Positions 48,001-60,000 of a DNA stretch of 64,000 bases are shown here, one piece after another; position 1 is the first letter of the stretch; each line of letters begins with the position of its first letter. Under the pieces are notes generated by a model. It was not told the DNA's origin. It did not search any database and saw only the letters and a list, made by a program, of their open reading frames with translations. A program made the translations under genes and the position numbers. The DNA is from Phoronis australis. Lineage: Eukaryota > Animalia > Phoronida. The stretch is taken from assembly GCA_002633005.1 (NCBI GenBank), contig NMRA01000036.1, positions 434,001-498,000 on the forward strand, read 5' to 3'.

Positions 48001-51000
48001 CATTTTGATGATTTCACTAAAAAGTGGTGCTGTCCTTAGCTATTGTACAATGGGTACTTCCTGTGAGAGGTGCAGTCAACATTCAGCTATAAACCATCTC
48101 ATTGTGTCGCCAAGTGGAGTGTCTGACTTGAAGTAATGATTTTCTGCACAACCTTCAATTAACTCAAATTTAGCAACACTGGCCGTTTCAACAAAATTTG
48201 TAAAGAATTCTGAATCTCACTTCAAGCTTTTTAAGGTTGGTGGAGATTGCAGAACAGTATTTTGTTTTAGATTGTTAAGTTTATTGGTAGTTTGTTAAAA
48301 CAGATTAGCATCAATTTTGAAGATAATGATCTATTTCAGACGAGTAATGGCAACCCGTTTGTCAACACAGACGCTGCGTTCACTCTGACCTATGCTGTGA
48401 TCATGTTGAACGTTGATCAACACAACCACAATGCGAAGAAACAAAACATTCCCATGACGTTTGAGGAGTTCAAGAAGAATGTGTCCAAGTGTAACGGTGG
48501 CAACGACTTTGAGCAGGAGATGCTTGAAGAGATTTATCTTGCAATAAAGTACGTTGTGCAGTGTAATGTGTTGTTAATAAATAGGTGTTGATGGAGAACT
48601 GCTGTGTTATTACATTATTATGTTGACAGGTAATGGTAAGTAATTTGTCACAAAGGATAAAGTAAAAGAAGCAGTACGAAATTACCCAGAATTCCCCTTT
48701 ATGATGGCGGGGCATAAAATCAGAAAGATGCCCACAAACAATAGAGGAGAATGACTACCCTACATCTTTCATAACAATTGTATTTTTTGTACATTATTTT
48801 ATATTACTTATAATCCAAAGACCTTGTTGTGCCTATTCAATATTATAGTCCCGTACCCATCTTTCATTTACTTGCAATATGTTAGCTTGTAACTGGTGAG
48901 TTAACTCTTAATATTATTTAAATTTGCTCTCTGTCAAGTTGTGTAATGCTCTAAATTGATGCTAGTTCATATTCATGTTGTAGTGTATTTTATTACATTA
49001 TAAACTGTGATTGGCTTTCCAGAAACGACGAGATTGTCATGCCTGCTGAGCAGACTGGACTGGTAAAAGAGAACTACCTATGGAATGTGTTATTGCGGCG
49101 GGGTGCAACCAAGGAGGGCGGGTTTGTGCATACGCCCACGGGGTCTTACGATCATGATTTGTTTGTACTCATCTGGGGTCCTACAGTGGCAGCATTGTCT
49201 TTCGTGTTCGATAAGAGTTTAGACGACACCATTATTCAAAAGGCCATCTCAGGGTTCAGGTGAGCGTGTTAAGTTTGGCCAACTTAATTTCTGTGGTAAT
49301 TAATGCTGTCAAAATTGATCTGTTGTTGGTACGCATGCATAATAGTATTGTATGCATTGCATGCAAGACACAGCAAATAGGTATTTATTAGCGAGATGAC
49401 GCTACCTTCTCGCTTTCGTGTGGATTTGTGGTATTTTGCGCCATCTACTAACCATTTTTACTGTTTTCGAGTCGGCCCCTCTATCAACCAAACCATTTTA
49501 AGGATGATTGTGAAGATTGGTTAAAAAATTCCTTCTGTGAAAAGGATGGCAGACAATGATTTTCAGGCAATTTCAATTACTGTGACGCCTCCTAGTGGCA
49601 GTTTTTTTAATGCCCATTGCTGTATCTCCTAAACCTTCTGCAAGATCTTTAATAAGTTGGGAAGTATATTTATATCAAACTGACAACAGACGAGGACGAC
49701 TTTTGTCCCTAGTGTCAATGTCATTTTTTGTACCATTTTCCTCTTTCAGCTTCTTTGAAGTTCCTTTTTAAGCGCCCACATATTTATATGTGGATGCATT
49801 ATGCCGTCATCTCCGCCCGGCGTCTGTCCATCATCCGTCCGTCCGACGTCCGCTGCTCTTTCCCTTTGACTTATGTTCATCAAATTTTATACATATGATT
49901 CTATCATGGATGGGACGGCATGAGCGAACGTTCGGACGGATCCGACTACCAGTGTGCCCCCTAGTGGTAAGTTTAGTTTTTACGCTTACCTCTATATCTT
50001 CTAAGGTCTTCAACTTTTTTTAATAAAATTTGGCATGTAGGCATGTATTAGTGAGATGACGCTATCCTCCTGTTTTCGGATAGATTGGACGTAATTTGCG
50101 CTACCTAGTGGCCATTTTTACAGTTTTCGAGTTTGTTTTTAAGCGTCCACCCCTCTATCAACCAAACTGCTCCAAGGATGATTGTGGAAATTGGCATGTA
50201 TGTTCTTACTATGAAGAGGATGGCTTACGATGATTTTCCGATAATTTCGCAACTGTGGTGCCTCCTAGTGGCAGTTTTGATTTTTTTGCGCCCATGGCTG
50301 TATCTCCTNTAAAAGAGAACTACCTATGGAATGTGTTATTGCGGCGGGGTGCAACCAAGGAGGGCGGGTTTGTGCACACGCCCACGGGCTCTTACGATCA
50401 TGATTTGTTTGTACTCATCTGGGGTCCTACCGTGGCAGCATTGTCTTTTGTGTTCGATAAGAGTTTAGACGACACCATTATTCAAAAGGCCATCTCAGGG
50501 TTCAGGTGAGCGTGTTAAGTTTGGCCAACTTAATTTCAGTGGTAATTAATGCTGTCAAAATTGATCTGTTGTTAGTACGCATGCATAATAGTGTTGAATG
50601 CATTGCATGCAAGACACAGCAAATAGGTATTTATTAGCGAGATGACGCTACCTTCTCGCTTTCGAATGGATTTGTGGTATTTTGCGCCATCTAGTAACCA
50701 TTTTTACTGTTTTCGAGTCGGCCCCTCTATCAACCAAACCATTTTAAGGATGATTGTGAAAATTGGTTAAAAAATTCCTTCTGTGAAAAGGATGGCAGAC
50801 AATGATTTTCAGGCGATTTCAATTACTGTGACGCCTCCTAGTGGCATTTTTTTAACGCCCATTGCTGTATCTCCTAAACCTTCTGCAAGATCTTTAATAA
50901 GTTGGGAAGTATATTTATATCAAACTGACAACAGACGAGGACGACTTTTGGACCAATTCGACAAATGCTTTGTCCCTAGTGGCAATGTCATTTTTTGTAC

Positions 51001-54000
51001 CATTTTCCTCTGTCAGCTTCTTTGAAGTTCCTTTTTAAGCGCCCACATATTTATATGTGGACGCATTATGCCGTCATCTGATGTCCGCTGCTCTTTCCCT
51101 TTGACTTATGTTCATCAAAGTTTGTACATATGATTCTGTCATGGATGGGACGGCATGAGCGAACGTTCGCACGGATCCGACTACCAGTGTGCCCCCTAGT
51201 GGTAAGTTTAGTTTTTACGCTTACCTCTATATCTTCAAAGGTCTTCAACGTATTTTTATAAAATTTGGCATGTAGGCATCTATTAGTGAGATGACGCCAT
51301 CCTCCTGTTTTCGGATAGATTCGACGTAATTTGCGCCACCTAGTGGCCATTTTTACTGTTTTCGAGTTTGTTTTTAAGCTTCCACCCCTCTATCAACCAA
51401 ACCGCTCCAAGTATGATTGTGGAAATTGGCATGTATGTTCTTACTATGAAGAGGACGGCTTACGTTGATTTTCCGATAATTTCGGCAACTGTGGCGCCTC
51501 CTAGTGGCAGTTTTGATTTTTTTGCGCCCATGGCTGTATCTCCTAAACTGTTAGCAGGATCTTTATTAAATTCAACTAGTGTATTTATATGATGTTGACA
51601 ATGGATGATGACAAGTTTCGGATGGATCTGACTACCGATGTGCTCCTCAGTGGCAATTTTAATTTTTTACGTTTACCTCTATATCTTCAAAGGTCCTCAA
51701 CATATTTTCATGAAATTTGGAATATAGGCATCTATTAGTGAGATGACGCTATCCTCCCATTTTTGGATGGATTTGGCGTAGGTTACGCCACCTAGTGACC
51801 ATTTTTACTGTTTTTTAGTCTGTTGTTTGGCGTCCACCCCTCTATCAACCAAACCGCTCTAAAGATGATTGTGAAAATTGGCATGTATGTTCTTACTACG
51901 AAGCTGACGATGATTTTCCGATGACTTCAACAAGTGTGGTCCCTCCTAGTGGCAGTTTATTTTTTGTTTTGCACCCTTGGCATTTGCAGCATCTTTGCTA
52001 AATTTATTTATATGATGTTGACAACAGATGACAACAACTTTCGGACAGATCTGACCACCAGTGTTCCCCCTTGTGGCAATTTTTTAGGCTTACCTCTGTA
52101 TCGTCAATGGATTATCAGAAAGTTTGGAATACAGGCATTTATTGGTGAGATGATGTTATCCTCCCACTTTCGGATGGAATCGAGATACTTTGCGCCATTC
52201 AGTGGACATTTTTCCTGTTTTCGAGTCTTGTTTTTTGGCGTCCACCCCTCGATCAACCAAACCATTCTAAGGATGATTTTGAAAATTGGCGTATGTGCTC
52301 TCAGTGTGAAGAGGACGATTGATGATTACGAATTCAACTACTGTGGTGCCTTCTAGTGGTAGTTTTGTTTTGGTTTGCGCCAATAGCTGCATCTCCTAAA
52401 CTCACTGCATGATCTTTTTCAAATTTAGTAATTGATATGAAGATAACAACAGACAACGGCGTCTTTCATGCGGATCCAATAAACGCTGTGCCCCATAGTG
52501 GTAATTTCATTTTTTCTGTTGGCAGATTTTTATGAAATTTGGTAAATAGTTTTCTATTAAAAAACCAATGGCATGTTCCCATTTGCAGTGTCTATTTTTA
52601 TGAAACAAACAAACAAACAACCTTAGAAGCACTCCATTTGCGGTGCATTCCTGGGCATATTTCAACACTCCGCATTGCTCTTGTTATAAAATTTGGTTAA
52701 TAGGTTTCTATCGCAGAAACATGTTCCCATTTTCGAATGAATTTGACGTATTTTGTGCCATGTAATGGTCTTTTTACCGTTTTCTTGTCTGTTTTTGGCG
52801 TCTGCCCCTCTATCAACCAAACCATTCTAAGGATGATCATGAAAATTGGCTTGTGTGTTTCTAGTTTCTGTTTCTGTCGACTACCACCATGGTTCCTTAA
52901 TGGCGATTTGTTTTTTTACGTTTGCCTTTGTATTGGAGTTCTTAGACAGATTTTCATGAAATTTGGCCAATAGTTTTGAGAGACGACGACACCTTCCAAT
53001 TTTTGGATAGGTTCAATGCATTCTGTGCTGTCAAATGGCCATTTTTATAAACACCTCCAGAAGCACACTGTTGTGGTGCAGTTGTAGGTGCACTTCAAAG
53101 CTCCACATTGCTCTTGTAGGTATACTTGTCTAACAGGTGAAATACCAATGACAGTTTTTATGGACAGGGCATGTGCAACTGAAAGCCATGTGTACATTCA
53201 TGTTCACAGTATGAGTTACCCTAGAACTACTTGTCTTCAGTTGGAGCCTCTTTCCCCCGTTCATCCAATTGTCCACATTATGCACCCTACATGTGTGACA
53301 AATATATACGTTTGTATCCACACTACGACTTACTGTGATGAAGTGGGGTTAGTTGTCACATGTGTGTCAAGTTGCCCCAGCGCATAAAGCCTCCGCACTA
53401 TTTCTAAACCTAATGATAACTGGCTGCAGGAGTAACTTGTTCTAGGGTAACTCTTTAAAGTGCGTCTGCTGAAATCATCAAAGTCAGTAAATTGCATAGA
53501 TGGTTCATGTTTTGTCGTACTCAAAAACTTAGTAATCATTTGTATTTTTTCAGGAAATGTGCAATGATATCTGCTCACTATGGAATAAGTGACGTGTTTG
53601 ACAACTTAGTCATCAGTCTCTGTAAATTCACAACTCTACTCAGCATTTCAGAAGTGAGTAAATGATTACAGTCAGGTGCTATGTGCACGCTCAGTTACAC
53701 AATCTTATTGCCTTTCAATGCCGAGTAGGAAATTAGGTCAGGTTAAGATTTTGTTTTGTGTAACTTTTTACTATCACGTTTCCGTGGTGCCAGTTTTCAG
53801 ATTTTACCTCAGTCATGCCTGTCAAGACCTTACCTTTCTTTCTGTATGCGAAATTAAATGTTACGACACAGAAACAATATTTTCAACAATTATTAACATT
53901 CCCTGTCTTATTTATAATAATCCAGTTAAACTCCATCTTTCCTGTTGGTGAATGATTAATTTTTTGGATCCCACGAGCCCCATCTCAACTTCTAGCCTGT

Positions 54001-57000
54001 ACATTACAGTCGACTGACAGCGTGGCCGTCTTGTTTGGCCAGAACATGAAGGCACAGCTGGCTGCCAAGACTGTGTTTGCTCTGGCCCACCGGCATGCTG
54101 ACATCCTGCGCGAGGGGTGGAAGAACATCCTAGATTGCATGTTACAGATGTTCAAGGCAAAACTGCTGCCTAAAACATTCATTGAGGTAAGTGGTACACC
54201 ACTGTTTTATGGTTGGCATTGTTGAATGTTTGTACTTGTTTGGATGATGGTACCGGGATTTTCCGTAGATAAGCCCGTGGGTGTGTATTTGGAAAATAAA
54301 AATTTCAGGTGTTTTAGTCACACCAAATAAACACCTGAGTGTTTATTTGGAAAAGGGTGGGGGTTGTAAACATAAAGTCATAGTGTTACTGACTTTGAAA
54401 TTTTTTACTTAAAACTGTATTTTTAAATTTTGTTTAATAAATGTATAGCTCGCCAGCACTATGTTCGTTTTTATAAATGATAAATGCTCCACAAAACTGA
54501 TTTTGTGACAAAAAGTTGACACTGAGTTTGCTTGTAAGAGAAAATTTATGAACAAACCCCACTATCTGGACACTTGACACCAGAAGTTGTAACACCAAAT
54601 AGACACCCATGGGCGTTTCATCGGGTGGGCTTATCTGCAGAAAATCCTGGTAACTTTTACTTATTAATGAGCTTCCTTTGGCATGATGGTCATTGTTTAT
54701 GTTTCTCAATTTCATTTCATCTGTGCTTCAAGATCCAGATTTGTTTGGGTGTTGTTGTTTTTGTTATTATTAATACTATTATTGTTATTAGTATTATTAG
54801 TACACAAATTATTATTGTGGCACGGCAGCAGTATGCATTTTTCCTTAAAAGTTAACAATAAAATATAACAACACAGTAAATTTCTCATTACAATGAAGAG
54901 TGTAAAAGAATACAGGGTGTTCTAAAATTCACACGCACTTCAAATGACGATAACTGCATTGGAACAAGATTACTGGTCCAAATTCAGAGTATGATAATCA
55001 AAAAGGAGTAAATCTTTGAACACAAGTCAAATAAATGCATCGTTTTTTAGCTTGTGAGGAAAATTTATGATGGATGGAAAGTGCACATCTACAGAGAAAT
55101 GTTTAAATTGAGGACAATCACTTTCCAAACAAAGTTGATAGTGCAGACCTGTGGACTCGACAGCATTACGAATGAATTCATTTGGTATTACTAGACATTT
55201 TTCAATTTCCTCTCAAATTGTTGACTATTGCTGATCTGGAAATTTAATTTTTTAGTTTTCATTATTCAGACCATTGTTGCGTGTGAGCCATTCCTGTGCA
55301 CGCAAAGCATGTAACAACTCGCACGCTTACATTCACAGCAAGGTGTAACCATACAGTTGGCCACAGCGACTAAGTTTCAATTCCCGGCATTGTACTGAAG
55401 TTTAAGTACACGTTGGGACACTTTGTATTAATATGTTCATAAGTTGATCATGTCTTCCCTGAAAGACAATCTGGATGACTGTTAGGTGGGGGGATGAGTA
55501 GCAGTCCCTGGAAAGGCTTATGCAATTGTAACAGGTGTAAGTCAGCCTTGCCACCTTACTTTGCTGTGGTTGTTGACCTCTGACCTTGTTATCTTCATCC
55601 TCCAGGTGGAGGACTTCCTGGACCCCAGCGGCAAGATGTCCCTGATCAAGGAAGAGAACACCTCCATCTCTCGCACTGAGTCTGGTGTGTTCAGTTACTT
55701 CTCCTCCTATTTCTCCTCGGAGGCACCCAGTCAGAAGGGGCCGTCAGCCGAGGAACAGGAAGTGATCAAGATGGCGCACGCTTGTATTAAGGAGTGCGAC
55801 GTGGAACAGCTGATCACAGAGACCAAGTTCTTGAGGATGGACTCACTTCAGGAACTCATAAAGGTACTGTAGAATAAAAGGGCAGTGCTCTATTTATATG
55901 CAGCACACATCACAAATTTTTGTGTGACCTGTTGGCAACGAGTGGCTAATTTTTAGCCAACTGGTATCTGACCGGCAGCTGACCACACTCTTGACTGATA
56001 AGCTGATCTCCCTGCCAACTCTTTGCTGACCGGCCATCAGCTGACCTAATTTTACGGTGCTTGGCTGCTATATTTAGGCAAGAATTTCAGGTGCATAATG
56101 GACTGTCAGGCTGCTGTCACATTTGCATGTCAATGAAGCATTATCTCTGAACAGGGTGCTATGAATTAACCTAGTTTTAATGTGTTTGTGACATGAGTTC
56201 ATATCGAAGGTTGAAGGTGAGCGGTATCTGAATATTAGACTGATGACAATGCAACCAGTTTTGAAGGCAAGATGTGAAAGTTCTCTCCACATTCCATGTT
56301 TGACTCGTGATGGGGAATTACTGTGGCTGTGTTCCGGTCAATACACACAGTTTACATTTTGAAAACATTGCTCTTAGCGCTGTTAACAAAGTCTCCATCT
56401 GGACTCATTGAGGCAAAACCTGAACTTTTTACTTAACATTTGTAAAGTATTGCCCCGACATGAAGAAACTAAATGTATAATGCAAAATCATTTACCGTCT
56501 GATTTTTCCATATCATCGGTAACTCTACACGAACATTTCCTTTATTCTAATTTCATGCAATTCATAGGTACCTTTTACCGTGTTTAAATAGTCTAGACAA
56601 GGTTGAAAAACAGGGGTCAAGACTAGAGTGGCCACTAGAGAACAAACAGCCAACATGTGTTTGGCCAAAGTTCATCTGTTGAGTCATAAAATGGTAATTG
56701 CCATCTGGGGAAATGTATAATCCGAACTGCTTGTCTCGGTAGGCTACTAGTTTGACGACCGCAGAGGGGACTTGGCTAAACGACTGGTTGTAGACTCATT
56801 TCCGACCAGTCGGACAAAAATTTGTGATGTGTGCTGTATAGTAGGTTAATGCAGCCCCCATTGGTATGAAAATCTCTAGTCTGTTTTGTGCGACATTGCC
56901 AAAATCCCACCTCGTAATTCAAAAATTCAGATTGCAGATACAGATCCCATGTTGCACATTCTTGACAACTAATGCTGTTGGCCATTTTCCTGTTCGACTA

Positions 57001-60000
57001 AAAACACTGTTGGGGTGTTTTTGGGCGACGCGATTCGGCTTACAGGAGTTATAATGCACATGTCCAATTGGTGGCACTCCCATGAATTCATATCAGGCTG
57101 ATGATAGATGATCATCAATCAGGTATCAATCTTATTATTGTTCATGGTATCATTCACGGAGAACCTCGTATTACTGCTCAATTATATGAAGTCATCATTT
57201 TCACAATTGATGATAAACGTTACTTCATTCAGTATCAATTCTTAGTAACCAATGATATTATGTCATACCTTTCATATGAACTTATAGAAATGATTGATAT
57301 AAACTCCTGTAAGAATCATTTATGATACATTACGATTAAGCAAAATTCCTTGAGTAGTCGTAGTTTTCGAGGAGAAAATTCTGACTTAAGTTTGCTTTCG
57401 TGGTAACGTTTGCTGCTAAAAAGAATATTACAAATTAAAACTAAATGAACTTCAGCAAGACTGAAAGCTGCATGGTGGCTTTTCAGACTTTTCCTCTTCT
57501 CTCTTCAAGGGTTTGATATTTGCTGCTCAATCACACGAGACAAACGAGATGACACCGCATGGAGACGATGAAGCTGCTGTGTTCTTCCTGGAGTTACTGG
57601 TGAAGGTTGTGCTACAGAACAGGTTAGTCAGGTCAAGTGCGGGGGGGGGGGTAGTTTGTGGCTTCAGCTTCATTTTAGACATGGCAAACTTCAGGTACTA
57701 TAATGCTAATTTGTAAATACAGACCCATCTCCCTGATTGCTTGTCACTCCAGGCCAAATTGTGAACCATACATATCAGAATGCATAGCGTATTCATTGTT
57801 CATTGTCTAACAACTGACAAAATCTCTGGTACGGCAAGAAAACAAAAGCGACTTTCAATCGATCCAATCTAATTTTGATGGACTGAACCCATAACATTCA
57901 TGAATATTTCAAAACGTTGGCTTATGTGGGCAAGTCATGATTCCTTTTGCAGAATTTAAAGATGCTGTAAAATGTTAAATCACACGATCTTCCTTGAATC
58001 TCCATTCACTTCACATGTGAACTGTTGGCGGCGCTGTACATTTTTCCAACTAGCAGCTATTGCCATCTAGTGACAGTTTATGTTCTTGGGTTACCATAAG
58101 ATTGTTGTTATCTGATTGCAGGGATCGTGTTGGTCCATTCTGGCAGAGTGTCCGTGATCACATCTGTAATGTGATGCTTAATGCAGATGAGCACACGTTA
58201 TTGGTGGAGCGGTCTGTCGTAGGAATCATTCGACTGGCAAAGAGGTTACTACGGAGAGATGAAATAGCACCTCAGGTATAATGAATAATTTGTGGTTAAT
58301 AGGCTTTCTTTGAGGAAACTTGCTGTATGTTGCCTGGGTGTCTATAAACAATTTCCTTTTGTATAGTGAGAATCTGTTACTATTGGCCTGTTCACACTGT
58401 GTTGGGAAGGAAATGAAAGTGTAGGTCAAAGCATTTTATAAATTACTTTGTGTTCTGGACACAGCAAAAAGCAGTTTCCAATATTCCTATCCAGTTAGAT
58501 TCATGTATTACGCAATTTGTTTTTTCGTAACTACATTCAACCAATACAGCTCGAAGAGATATTGACAAAATCATAAAAAAGTTAAAATTTCTGACATACA
58601 TCTTTTACAATGCGTTTCATTGTTTTGGTATTCTCGATGTTTTGTGTTACTTTTGTGTTGAACATGAAAGTTGCTGGAAAATGGAAGATTACAGTTAATG
58701 TAACGGAATAAGGATGTGGATATATATCTCTGGTGGTGCCCCTTGCAGGTGTTACTCTCTCTGCGCATGTTACTTCTGGTCAAACCCAAAGTGATCCACT
58801 CTGTTTGTCGTCATGTGGCATTCGGCGTGCATGAACTTGTGCGCACCAATGCAGCCAACATCCACTCAGCCGAGGACTGGTACACAATCTTTACTTTACT
58901 GGAGATTGTGGGCGCTGGAGCGCACCCGCCCACCATACTACCGTCAGCAACGTCGTCAGCCGTGGGGTCCACAGAGAAGATAGTGGAGGAGGGTGGGTAT
59001 TAAAACAGAAAAACTTTGAAATGTGCAGTGTTTGAACATAGTTTGTCATTATTTTATGTTGGTTTTCGAAAAGTATCTATTGTTAGGCTTTCTGAAAATT
59101 AAATGGGTATCCATTTTAAAAATATGTTTTCAGCTTCATTTTAGTAAAAATTAAAACGTACGGGTTTTTAACGCAAGTTAGTTCAGTCAAACTTAAGTCC
59201 CAATAATACTCATTTAGTAAATAAAACAAGTTAGTTCAGTCAAACTGAAGTCCCAATAATGGTCATTTAGTAAACAAAACGAGGCAAACACTAACGGCAA
59301 AAAGTTGTGAAATGTTTATATTTTAGTCGTATTTTTCAATATTAGGGAAACTCATCCTGTGCTATAAATTGGCAAATGTGAAAGAAAAAAGTATCTTTAA
59401 AAGTGTAATCTTCAGTTGGTAATATTTGATATTTAAAATGAGGATGACTTCTTCAGTGATAGCACTGCTTTCCAAGAGGGCCCTCAACAACAAAAACAGT
59501 AATATAATACAATGAAGTAATAAAACAAAAATCAAATATACATAACAAAGATACAATTAAAACAGGTTGAGAATAAGACAATAAATAAATGACGAAGAAT
59601 GGTGAAAATGTAAATAAGAGAGATGAAATAAATAAAGAGATGATTCTGAATAATGAGAGTATTTAATATTGAGTTTGAAAGTAGTAATAATTATTGAACT
59701 GCCCTTTACTTGACAATGCCTTTTTAGGAAGATTTTGTGATTCTTTATTCTTTTGCAGTTTTGACTCATCTGGTAATTTGGTTGTTGATAAAACATTATT
59801 CTATTGAGCTACACAGAAAATTCAATAAAACACAATTTCCTCATTTGCATTTGGTGTCCCTGCAATGTCTTGACCACACTCATTCATTTTCAAGCTTGGG
59901 ACTTTAGTCAAACTTGCTAATCTTTTGATGTTGAACATACTTAAAAGATCAATATGAAATGAATCCATTTTCATGGTTATTTGCTTAAAGACTGTCATTA

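Noticed and set aside
49790-52973. Several short ORFs with similar translations (e.g. [16 protein letters not shown]), also at 15.0-15.6 kb and 35.2 kb
   Set aside because: They are translations of non-coding repeat subunits, with no consistent frame and no transposase motifs.
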